Origin: Lepidodermella squamata
Taxonomy: Eukaryota > Animalia > Gastrotricha
Reading direction: 5' to 3'
Assembly (NCBI GenBank): GCA_047495785.1
Contig: JBLDXI010000011.1
Span: 186,001-250,000 of the forward strand
DNA: 64,000 bases
The translations under genes and the position numbers were made by a program. Below the pieces are notes generated by a model that saw nothing but the letters and a program-made list of their open reading frames with translations, was not told where the DNA came from and made no database searches. Position 1 is the first letter of the stretch. Each line of letters begins with the position of its first letter. Below are positions 1 through 12,700 of the stretch, in pieces.

Positions 1-436
1 TAGACACATTTGGGCCGTAGTCGATTTCGCCGGTCGCCGTCAGCGGGTACGTCGGCTTCGGCTTTTTAACCGGCGTCGGCGCGGGAGTCTGCTGGCCATT
101 CGCCGACAACTGGCGCTTTTGCAACCGGCCACCGCCCTGCTGCTGCTGAGCTGCTGCTGGTTGATGCTCTGCGGCGATGGCGTCGAAGTACACGTCATCG
201 TCAACCGCCGTTGTCAACACGTCGTGCCGGTCGAAAAACTCTTTCGGCGAGCGAATCTCCGGCCGTTTGCGCGCTGCCTCGCTGCCGGGCAAATCACCGA
301 TGCACAGGATCAGAAGTAGCAGCAGCGACACGCCAAACGATAGCAGCAATTTGCGGCGACGAGTATTACTCGGTTGTAGTACTGGTTTCAAGTGAACGAC
401 TGCTGCTGTTGTTGATGTTGGGATCGTTGCGGTCAT
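1..436 (-). CDS. 5' part of a secreted or type II membrane precursor protein (runs off the window edge)
   Basis: ATG at 436 on the minus strand stays open to position 1: MTATIPTSTTAAVVHLKPVLQPSNTRRRKLLLSFGVSLLLLLILCIGDLPGSEAARKRPEIRSPKEFF...GGGRLQKRQLSANGQQ...YGPNVS. A basic stretch plus hydrophobic segment suggests a signal or anchor; RKR and QKR are basic sites. It is absent from the ORF track because no stop lies in the window. Confidence 0.6.
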   Translation of the reverse strand, partial: MTATIPTSTTAAVVHLKPVLQPSNTRRRKLLLSFGVSLLLLLILCIGDLPGSEAARKRPEIRSPKEFFDRHDVLTTAVDDDVYFDAIAAEHQPAAAQQQQGGGRLQKRQLSANGQQTPAPTPVKKPKPTYPLTATGEIDYGPNVS

Positions 437-3400
437 TTGGATGAGCCGCCGGCGCGCGTCTCGCGCATCTTCAACACCACCGCAGCGGCACCATCGGCAC
501 CTGATCGCTCGATCGTGATAATGATGAAACCGATACTGATGCGGAGACTGCTGATGAGGCTGAGACTGACTGGCTCTTACAGAGTCGCTGGTTGTGGTTG
601 GGGCCAGCGCGCGTCGCTCTCCTGCTTTCGCGCTGTCTATCTCGTAACATTAAACCCCTATTATCGAATCGATAGCAATAAAATCAATCACCTTGAATGG
701 CAAAAATGGGTTCAATCGAAAATTTTCAAGGATTTTCGCGAGGAAAAAGCATTTTCGAACTTTCGATAAAATATTCACGAAAAAAATCCGCTAAAATTGA
801 GACTGGCATTGAAATTAGGGCGAGCGTTCGCAGAAAAATCTGAATTATTTATGAATTTTCATCGTGAAATGGAAAATCAATAGATCGAGGATAATTTTCC
901 TGCAGTTGGTCTAAAATCAACTAAAAATACAGAAAAAATTAGCAGGAATACACATGGGAAAATACTGGTCGTTACAGTCGCCTAGAAACGCGTGGGACAT
1001 GAAATTAGGGGAAATGACCACATTTTCTAGTTTCTAGGAACCCTCGAAATTCAACGAAATTTCTACGAAAAAACATTGGAAGGAGAGTGGCTAATTCCAG
1101 TAAAACCACAGCTATTCAAATATTAAGAGATAACTCGTGATGCTCTTAATTCGCAATAAAATGAAGGAAGCCGCCGCCGCGCGTGCTTGGTATAATAAAT
1201 CCCGGGCCGCAATTATTGCGTATAGAATGTAGGTCAAACCGTTGAGTTAAATATAGGTCATCTTCCGTGCAATGCAAATAATTCTAAATTTTTCCAAAAA
1301 AAACGAGAATAGTGCGAATTTTTTCGATGACGGAAATTCCTGGACGAAAAAAAGACGGCTAGCAGCAGCAGTAGCAGCTATTAATCGGCGCTATTTTCGG
1401 CTTGCGACGCCAGTCCACAGGGACACACGAGTCACGGTGGCGCACCGGCTGCTGCGCATCATCATGATTGTTTAACGAGCGCACCCGCGCGCGAAAAAAC
1501 TTGCGCAGCCGCTTTTTTGCGCACCGGCCATCACCGACAGGCCTCGCGAGACCGCCGCCAACGACGACGAAAATGCGCGCGCGAGTGCGATGTTGTTCAT
1601 CGAAGATTTTTTTCAGTGTAATACTCATAATCAAGTGGAGGAAGCGAAAGTGATATATTTTCAGCCTTAATTTTAAACAGTGCGATTGTTTATTCAAATT
1701 GACTGGTGGTGGTGGCAAAAAAATATACCAACAGGGAATGATCCACTTTACTGTTTTATCTAGAACGATGGCGAGAAAAAATGCTGGAAAATTCCGAAAT
1801 ATTCGCGTTTAATCTTGAAAAATCAAACATCCCATGGCTGATATCGATTTACACTTCAGACGTTACTTTTGGCTGAGAGTGAATTCAATAAAAATAATAA
1901 TTAAATCTACTAAGATCTATAAGTGGCAAAATTTCCTGATTTTTGTTTTTTTCCGAATTTTCGGAAATCTTGGGCGAAAATGAAAGTTAGCGATGTAATG
2001 TAGGCCAGATGGTATCAGAAATATACTACAAATTTGATCCCGAACCCGTCATTTATTGTTTAGTAAAGGCGAATTTAGCTTAATTTTCCACCATTTATAA
2101 AATTCTTGAAATTATTGCCAATTTCTTTACGATGACCTCAAAACGGACATTTTTCACTATTGTAAAGAAAAAAGGTTATCCTATTAAAAAAAATCGCTGA
2201 GGATGAATATTCTATTTCGAATTAATAGGAAGTTCAATTGTTGCCAATTTAACCGAAACGATGCAGGATATAATATTATTACGTCCGGCCTCGGATGGCT
2301 GAAATAGGTGAATCGATATAACTGTTACCTACTATAGATCAATGCGCAATGAGAAAACCGATATAGGTGCCTAGAATAGAATATAAGAGCAGAGTGCATT
2401 CACATCATCATCGTGATTTCACTCTACTTGAGTTATTATTGTTGCACATCACGCGCGCGGATGAAGAGCAGCCGTCGTAAAAAGGCGGAAAAATTAGTAA
2501 AATGGGGCGCGAGAATAAGACGAAAAGCGCGCTCGCTCGCTCGCTCGCTCATTTCCTACTATACTAGGCTAATAGCGGCGGCGATTTCTGGCGCCGCAGC
2601 TGCTACAGCTGCTAATAGCCTAAAAGAAGACGGCGGAAGTAGTCGGGATGGCGAAACGAAAGAAAGAAGTGCTCAGGCGCGGCTAAGATGAAGGGCGAGG
2701 CGACACATGTCGCGCGCGCGCGCCTGTGTCCACGCGCGATGGATGGTAATAAAATTTCACATGAGGCCGCCGAACTAGCCAGCGAATAATATAAATAAAT
2801 AAACAACACTCACTCGCCCGCCCGCCTGCATGCTTATACAATATAGTATAGTAACTATATATCCGCAAATGTTATAAGATGAGCATCAGAGATACGAACG
2901 AACGAACGACATCGCGAGCGAGCAATTTACGTCGATACAACGCCGGCCCACCGATGCGCATAAATGCGGCGTATTTTGTAAAATTTTACGCTTTAGTTTT
3001 TTCTGCGAGCGCGTAATGAAGCGCGCGCGCGCGGCAGCGGCGCATTAGCCGCGCACAAATAACATCATCATCATCATATATCGCCGTTGCCGTCGTCTTC
3101 TTCTTCTTATAGCTGCGGCAACAATAATAACGCAGCAGTTTTTTTTCGGTGCATCAACTGCTGCATTTTCTTGTCGTTGTTGTCTTCATCGGAAAAAACC
3201 CAAGGCCTGCTGGCGTGCGATGAATTATTCATCGAACTGCTGTTGCTCTCGCGCACCTGTTATTTACGGCGACGACGATGATGATGTCAACCGTGACCTG
3301 AGACAAACACTAACTATATAGTATCTTTGAAGCTATCAATCACAGGTGCCTCGATAGGCGCGCGGTCGAACCACAAAAACAACATCATCCGACATGCAAG

Positions 3401-6400
3401 CGAGCTCGTGCCAAGAATCGATTCGCCAAAAACTAATTTAGCAGACTCGGTTATTTTTTTTAAAGAAATATTCGCACGCTAACTATTGTGAGAAAAATCA
3501 GGAGAAACGGAAAAATCGAATAAAAAATTGAGTTCGAACGCTAAATTAAAGGTTCCAGCTATGATTCCGGATCGGAATTTCGGCAATCGGCGATTTCGAT
3601 TATCGATTTTGAAAATGAGTCGATAAATCCCCATTTCAACTTTCCTGAGGGTTCCAGGTAGCCAGAAGCGATCAGAAAGGGAAAAAGTGAATCGACGAAA
3701 ATCGCAAGAATTAAGGGCTGGAACCTTAGTTTTTCAGCTTAGAAAAAATTCAGGAAAAAATGAAATAGTAGTTGGACCTTCCCGAAATTTAAAAAAATAT
3801 TAGGAAATTCTCAATTCTAAGTTCATTTTCTTCCAAATGTTCGGGTTCATCTAATTTTTCGTATACGCGAAGACTTGAAAGATTATTGAATGTAATAATA
3901 GAACGAATAACAATATTATTATTTTAATAAATTAGATTAAATTAAAAATCCTAAATAAAGAAGAAAAAACTCAAGCTTTTGTTATCCTAATAAAGAAAAC
4001 AATTCGTTGAGTGTATTTTCATAATATTTAATCCCGGCTATTTTTAACCGGCGAACGAAAAAAAAATGTAACCAGGATAAATAATTGGAGACAAAGTTAT
4101 AATATTGGAACCGCAGGGGAGCAGAGAGAGAGAAAAATTGCGTGGTCGTCGTAGTGATATTACGACTTGTTAAAAACGATAAGAAAATCGTCATGGTTGA
4201 TTCCGGAAACTTGCGGGCGCACCGTGTGCTCATTAGACGCGGAAAATCGCTTGATCAAGAGGTGCTTGACCGCGGCGGCGGACGAACGAACGAACGAAAA
4301 AAACCGCGCCGGCTTCGTTCGTGAGTGGGCTATTACAACAAACAACACGACGACGACTCAGCCAGTGAGTGAGAGAGTGAGTGGGGATTAAAAATGCTGT
4401 GTATTATGCCGGCGCCCAAAAACAACACGGCCGCGCTCGCTCGCGGATGAGGTATGGCATTATCTATCGATCTGAGTAGCTGCTGTGATGGTCGCCCCGT
4501 TTGTCATCTATCATCTATCATCGCCGCGTGATGAATGATGGGCGCGACACGGCAGCAGCAGCAAAATAATAATAAAGATGAGTGCAATAAATATAATAGC
4601 CGCGCGTCGCCGTAGTCGATAAAACATCAATATCATCGCGTTTTTGCCGCGCGGTTATAAATATTAAAATACTCACTTCGATAAAAGTCAAAGCCACATA
4701 GGATGACTGCTGACCCCAACCGCAACCGAAATTGGGTCAGTCTTATGTTGATGATCGAAAATATTACAGGTGGAAATCGCGCATAATATTAATTTTTTGA
4801 AGACATATCAGCCCTCTGGTGATTTATAATTTTGATGCACACGCACATCACAGGCCTGCGGTTATTTTCGGTATCGTTAATTAGATTTTCGCGAGACAAG
4901 CCGAATTATTTTTTTCTCAATTTCTGGGACGCGCAGGCGAAATCGATCGGGAATTACAATATTATTACTGCTGTGGATAGCAAGTGTATCGAGTCACGAG
5001 CGAAAAACAAGAATGTGGAAATAAATAAGGAATAAACAAAATAATAGGTTATAAGGATTAAATTTCAGAAAATTAATACAATTTCTAAGGAAAACACCAG
5101 CAAAAAGTTTAAATATTTTCTCGAATTTTTTTCACAAAAATTCAAGCGCATTTTCAGGGTCCTGCGATACTTTCAGCAAAGCCAAAATCGTTTGTGTATT
5201 TTCTGAAATTTCTGGAATTTCTGGAATTTATATGAAAAAAATTAAAATTTTGATTCCTACAGTATAAAAGACCTTTCCGTTCTATAGCCTTAGCCATTAG
5301 TCCCATTTTTTCACCTAATAATTACACCTAATTTATTGATTAAATGACGAGACAAAAGGCTTGATTTGGCGATTTACGAAAATTCAAACAGAATATCTTT
5401 TAGCGGAACCAAAGTCGAAAAATACTCAAGCGTCATTTTTTGAATAATTCTACGAATTTTAGGCGAAGCTTGGGTCCTGAATTAAACAACGCAGTCTTAT
5501 GCCGGATTTTACTGGTGATTTTTTAAATTTTTTTGGTCAATTTTGAAAAGTTATTTCAGGCCACTAGAAAATTTCAAAATTTGGTTCCGAATTAATTTTT
5601 TCGATTCAAAGTGATTGGCACAATGAAAGGTTAGCATCTCGTCGATATTTTGATTTTGAAAATCCTACTAATAAATTCCACGAGGATTCGGACGAGGAGT
5701 AGGCCGACAACAAAACATCCACCCACCCACATTCAAAATAATATTTCGTAAAATAATTAAGGAATGACACTTAATTAATTGAGCTATGATATTAGGAAAA
5801 CATACGCTAAGGGGCGCATCTATAATTAAAATCAAATTTCGGCTGATACAAAAATACATTAGAAAAGGGTGAAGATGGCGATATGATGGGCGGTGATGGT
5901 AGAAAGAAATCAATGATCGGGTAAACAAGTCGATAATTTAATGCGATATAATGGCTACTATTACTTGGTTGTATTGATTGGCTGCCCCGGCGCCATTTTC
6001 ACGCTCATCGGCACGGTTCGTTGGCTAGTTTGTTATATTGCTGATGATGGGCCGTTGCTGAGATTGCGCTCACGATGCGCGATAACAGCAGCAGCAGCAG
6101 CGCAATTTTTCAACACTTGGCACGTAGATAGATAGAATATAAAGTATAAAATGTTTACATCGTTAACGAAAAAACAAGGCCGATGAGCGGCCGCAGGCAG
6201 GGATATTTTCTCGCTCACCGATTGTGTTGTTTATTACTACTTACTTACCTTGATGGGCAGAGGGCGGGACGCTCGAGAGGCTTCTTATGAATTCATTCAT
6301 CGCTGCTGCTGCTGAGCATTTTCATTCAGGTACTTTTTAACACGCGCGCGCCATGATCGCGCTTCTCATATATTTACGACGAGATTTTTCAACACACGCG

Positions 6401-6772
6401 ATCACGTACGCGCGCGCGTATCATCATCATCGATTAGCCAAAACCGCGCCTCGTCTCGCCTGCCTCTCATTATACTGCAATGATATATCTGCTCGTTCAC
6501 CAAATTCAGTGGCGAAAAAATAAAAATAGGTAATACTGCTGATGATGCCTGCAGGCGAATCAAAATATTATATACGGTTGATTAAACACGCGCAGTTATT
6601 ATCATCCACAGTTTTTTATTGCGTGTTTTTCATATTATTATTATGATAATTGTAACAAAAATCAAGAAGAAAAATTGCGCAGTATTCTGTTTTTTTTGTA
6701 GCCGCATTCACTAGTAGTCTCAGTTTTTCTTTCTTTACAAATTTTGTTATTCTCGCTCCAAGTATTACAGTA

Positions 6773-9700
6773 TCACTGCCTCGCAAGTCTCTGTTGGTTA
6801 AATTTTCGAAAAAAATTAAAATAAAAAAATAGAAAAAAATGGTGTAGCTGACCTGTTTGAAGGAGGTATAATTGCCTTGGTAGTAGAAAAGCTTCTTGTC
6901 GTACACGTAAATGATCACTGAGCTGACATTGTCCAGGAAATTTCGATCGTGCGTCGTGAATATCAACGAATTCGGCCAATCTACAATTGATAGAGAAATG
7001 AAGATGATACAAATTATAGAAAAAATCGGTTTTAAAATCGAAATTGTTCAAAATTGTTCAGAATTCCAGAGACTTTTTGGAATATTTGGAATATTTTTCG
7101 AGTCCAGGAATTATTCATGATTTTTTTTTAATTTTGGAAAAATCTGCATATTTTTTCGTTGGGTGAAGTTTTCTCAATTGGGCGAAAATCGCAATCATGG
7201 TAACTAACAGATTATCCGAAATTGTGTGTAAAATTCTCTGAGAAAAACGAATCCTACGTGTTCAATAATCTTTCAGGAATTGAATTGAATTAAATATTAA
7301 ATTAAATCATGAGAGGAAAAAAGCCAAAAGTTTGGGATACATATAGCGAATTCAGTACTAAATTATTCTAAATTCTAATCAGTTCCAACTCCCCAAGTTT
7401 AAGACTCAGCCTCTAACCCTAAACCTAACCAATTAAATAACCGAATATTTTGGTAAGATTTTGGTAAGATTTAGCCCACAATTTTTCATTTATTTTTTCT
7501 GATTTTTATTGGTTCTCGAATGTTTAAAAGCTAAAATTTTTGTAGTTAAAAATGTGGATATTCCACTTCAAATTATTGTAAAATACCCATCTGGTGATAG
7601 TTTGCACCAGAAATTGAATCTTTTAAACATTATTCGAGTAACAAAAATGGTTCTTACTTTGAAGGTACGCCTCCAGCCACATGATGGAGTCGACGGAGAG
7701 CAGCTGCGTCGGCTGGTCGATGAGCAGGAGGGCCGGCTCGGCGTAGAGCGCCTGGGCGAGGCAGCAGACGCGGCGCGAGCGCGGGCTGAGGCGCGACACG
7801 GCCGTGCGCTGCATCTCGGCCGAGAAGCCGAGCCCGTCGAGGATGTGCCGCGCCTTCGCCTCGGCGTCGCCCGAACCTAAGAAGCACAGCTTCTCGTAGA
7901 CGCGCCGCAGCATCATGAACGCGTCCTTCGGCGACACGCTAGCCATCGATGTCCCATCTATACATTGCCGAACAGCACACAAAATCAGCAAAAAATTGAC
8001 AAATTTTAATAAATTATTTTACAATTTTTTTTAAAAAGATGTCATAAATTACTGGATTTTTTTTAATTTTACCTGATTTTAAATTTCACTCAAGGATAAA
8101 AATAAATTAACCAATTCAAAATTCAACATGCATGGTTCAATGAAGCCGAGCCAGAATTCGAGACATTAGGGCTCATAAATGGTTGAAAATCAAAGCCATC
8201 ACTGATTTTCTTGATTTTTCAAAGAATTTTACGAAATTTCTTAATTTTAATCTCATCCCAATTCCTCAATTATTAGGAATGGCGATCCTCCATGTAAGTT
8301 GGAAACGATTTTGAAAAAATCAAAATGGAAATTTCATGGGACTTGGATTATTGGTATTGAAATATCTCGGAGGAAATTTGAATTGTGAAATTTCTCATTC
8401 CCAAGATTTTCTTCACAGGAAAACTTTCAACCTTGAATCAACCTTGAATCTTATTCAATGCTTATTTCCCGTGAAAAGATTCAAAGCAAAATTCAATGTG
8501 AGAAAATGAAATGTTGGATTTTTAAAGTTGTTCAATAATTCGAGAAATGTTGCTTAGTTTCGAATCAAACTGGTAATCTTTTGATAAATATAATTAAAAA
8601 ATATCAACAAATTGGGAATAATTAATTATTCATCTACGAAAGGCGGAACTTCAATTAAAAAAAAAATTAAACATTTTTTAAAATAATTTTTCAATGTATT
8701 TTCCGTTTATATTTTATTTGATTATGTTGTTAAATTTTACCTGGAAGCGTGATGCCGGGCGGGACGGCGGCGGTTGGGGCGACGCCGCGCATGGCCTGCT
8801 CGAGGTAGGCCTCCTCGGCCTTGAGCTCGCGCCACCGCCGTTCGTGCTCGATGACGAAATCGATGGGCGTGAGGTGGCTGGCCTCGAGCCGCGCCGCCAG
8901 CTCCGCGTCCGCCTCGTCCCAGTAGACGTCGAGCGTGGGCCCGCCCAGCGACGACGTCATGTCCACGAACGCGATCTGCGCCGGCGGCAGCAGGCTCGCG
9001 AACGCCGGGTCGCGGGCGACGAAGCGCAACAGCTGCGAGGTGCCGCACTCGCTCGGCCCGATCAAGCCGTATCGCTTGCCGTGCGCGATCGACAAATTCG
9101 CACCTACGAACAGCATCGTTGGTGGAGGGGCATTTCTGTTTCAGAAAAAAAACATAGAAATATAACAAGTAATATTTCGAAAGGTGAGAAAATTGCCCAA
9201 ACATTTGCTGCTCAAGCTAGAAAATTCTCTTTTCCTTTAATTTTTCCGTATTTGTCTTGATAATACCCAACACGATCATAGGATTTTAATATTTTCAGCT
9301 ACCTCGTACCACCGGCTAAGTAGACAAGTTTTGAACGAGAGCTTCGAAAAGGTAAATCGGATTATCGGAAAAATCACTGATTTGTAAAATCGATACTTGA
9401 AATCGATATCGGCTCTGGAGGCTTAAATAAGCCTCGTAAACTGACCGACCGATGGCCCGAAACGTGGGTCAGGCGTAAAACTCGAAAAACCGGAGAAATC
9501 TAGCGCAAGAGCCTCAAATTCATCTTGTTGGGACCAACAATTTAGATAGTTTTCTGGGTCCATCCATTTACTGCTATGATTTTCACAATTTTAGAGTTGC
9601 GACCAGTTATTAGTTGAATTTTTCAATTTACTTAATTTTCTTAATTTTTTGTCTAATTTGTTCGAAATCTTGAAATTTCACGAATCAGTGACTAATTGAT

Positions 9701-12700
9701 ATCAGCATTCTCCGAGGCCGACATTGGAAAACTCAATAGGGCAGCTGAAATAAAATTATATGGAGAATCCCTAAGGCAGAAAAAACAAAAATCGGGATTA
9801 GAACCTCATTTTTATGAAAAATTGTGGAATATTCCAACTGAGCTTCCACGTCTTTTCGAGCACCATCTTTTTTAGAGGAAAATTGGTCTTTTCCCGAAAT
9901 TTTCTCTAAGCAAGATTCCAAAAAAATTGAAAAATTCATGATTTATTTGTTTCTTTTTTAGTTTTTTTCTCAAAAACGGAAATTTTAGACTACGGGTGTG
10001 AAGATAGTTAATTGACTTACACATGGTTGGATCCGTTGGGCTTGCGCTGCGCCCGCTGTTCGGCAATGTTGATGTTCTGAACAAACAGCAGGTAGCCTTT
10101 GCACTTGGCCGGCTGCGGGCGCGCCGCCTCAGCCGCCGCCGCAGCCGCCGACATGGGCGGACCAGCAGCCGCAGCAGCAGTCGCAGGCACAGCTACAACG
10201 GCATTCGGGTTCATCGCCACGACAACAGGCACCCCGTTAGGCCCACTGCTAGTAGCCGTCGTAGCAGTCGCAGCGCCAACACTCGTAGCCGGCGCCGCCA
10301 TGGTGACAGCCGCCGCCGCAGACGCAGCGACAGCCGCGCTCCGTTGCGCCGCCATCATCAGCATGACATTATCGAGGTTGGTAGCTGCCGCCGCATTCGG
10401 AATCGCCTGCTGTTGCTGGTTTGGCCGTTGCGCAACTGGCTGCTGCACGGGCCGGAACGCCCCAGCCGAGCCTAGTTGCTGCTGCTGCTGCGCCGCAACA
10501 GCCGGTGGCAGCAATGTGACCTGGGCGCCCGGGCGAGGACTCGCCTTCCTCGCCACTGGCATCACCGGCGCAGCGTGGCTGGGCGGTGGCAGCTTCGGCT
10601 TCGTCGATTTAGCCTTGGCTGCTGGAACCGCCGTTGCTGGCACAGGCGTTGGGACAATTGTAACAGTCACCTGTGGTTGTGGTTGTGGTTGCGCTACTGC
10701 CGCTGCTGGCATAGGGGGTGTTGCTGCGGCGGGAGGGCTGGGGCCTTCGGCGGACAATTTGCGCTGCGCCGCTTCCTTGGCCTGGCTCAGGAACTCGAAG
10801 ATCATCGACGACATGGTGCGCGATGTCGACGTGCTGTTGATGGCGGCCGCTGCTATGGCGTGAGCCGCCTCCAAATCGTCATCCGATGCGTCCGATTCGA
10901 TGCGAATCGCCTGCGTTGTAGCACCTGCAATCACAAATTATTATAGCAAATGTTCCTCATACGAGTCCAGGCTATAGTAAATTGATAAGAAAAACTCTCA
11001 AACCCAACCTTTCGGACATAAGGATCGGTCTCCCCCTTAGGTGTTCTTGCCTGGAACTCTCGAGCTGGTGGGCATATGTTATACCCCCTGTCCAAGTCCT
11101 CTACGCGACTGTATTAGCATCTTACCAGTTCCGGTTTCGATTTCCTCCACTCAACCCTATTCTCGGATCTCTTTGATCCACCTTGTTCCAGGTCTTCCCC
11201 AACAAGTTCACAAAATTCCCAAAAAGAATAGGAACCAGATCCAGTAACTCTTTCGGTTGGTTACAGGGGTGACGTATCCAGCGGTTTGGTCGCCTTCTCC
11301 CGGGCAGAATCTCTCAATTTTCAATTCAACAGTCATTCCTATCTATTTCTGGCAGTCCGTTAAATCAAGCCTGCCTTATTTTTCATCTAGCGATCTTTTA
11401 CCAACTTTGGATTCAGGCCGTCGACCTACTGAGCAGGTGGCCGGCCTGTGACGAGCCGCAAAACGAAAGATTCAGAAGCCGACACGCCTTCGTCAGCAAA
11501 ATTCCGCATTTAACGCACATATTTTGTTGCACGCGGGCAGTAAGCCTTCAGCTACGAGCATTACGACATGATGTTCGCCTTATGCGACGATTACCCAGTT
11601 TTTATTTCACGCTTACGAGTGAAAACCAGCGTTAATTTCAGACACGTTTTAAAACCTAGCGCACTCATGAACGCAATCAAAACACATTTGAAGCATTTTT
11701 AATGAGGGGGTAGGTAATTTACGCGGAACCGACTCTACGAAATCGCACGAAATCGCCCAATTTCTCTTTGACCACCCCCTTATCTCCCCCGCCTCCCCGA
11801 TTCAGTCAACAAATAGTCGAGAAGGAAAATTGATTCTACACAAAAGATGGCAACTGATGAAAACACGGAATTGTTATCGAATTTCGAAGCAATTGAGCTT
11901 TCAAATTTTGAACGACAATTTGATAATTCGAAAGTTGTCAAAAGAGGTGCTCGCCAATTGACAACCTTCGAAAGAAAGAGGCTCTCCTTAAAATTAAAAG
12001 CCTTTTCTCAATTGAATCTCGAGACCCCGTCCGCAAGGAAAAGAAAGAAACTTGTTCAATGATTACGAATTACGACTCATTCTTGCCTTCCCTGCGCACG
12101 AAGCCTCCAATCAATGATACTCCCGAACTTGAAAACAAAAACCCAATCGGATAAGTGAATTTGCAGCTCAAAAGAGGATTAGTATTGATTCAAGTGAAAA
12201 ACGTACTTGGTGCATCCTTGGCCGAGGCTGCAGCAGCTACTAACAATGGAACAGGCGTTGTTTCGTGCTGCTGCAACTGAGATCGAACGCCGGCCATTGA
12301 TTGAGCAACAACAGGAGCTGCAGGCGAAGACGACACGGAGGATGAAGCCGACGAAGCGACGGTCATGTCGATGACAGACGGCGGGTTCGGCGTCGCTTTT
12401 CGCTGCTGTTGCTGCTGCGAGGCCTGCGTGAAGACAGTGGTTTGAACCACAGCAGGCGCCGCCGTCGTAGTAACCGTTGTAGCTGGGCTTGGCGCCGGCC
12501 GTAGCGTAGTCGAGTAATTGGCCGGTTGGTTCTGAGGCGACGTGCTGGCGAACGAGCCGACGTCGTGCGCCGACTCGGCTTCCTCGATCACGCCGTCTTC
12601 GTCGTCGACGAGGCCCTCCGCCTCCGCGATGCCTTTCGCCATCTCTTCCGCTGCCAGCGCTTTCGCCAATAGCTGCTTGTCGAAAATAAACACATAAAAA

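Noticed and set aside
10023-10946. Long plus-strand ORFs (150-254 aa)
   Set aside because: Antisense shadows of the GC-rich Ala/Pro/Gln exon 10021-10924.
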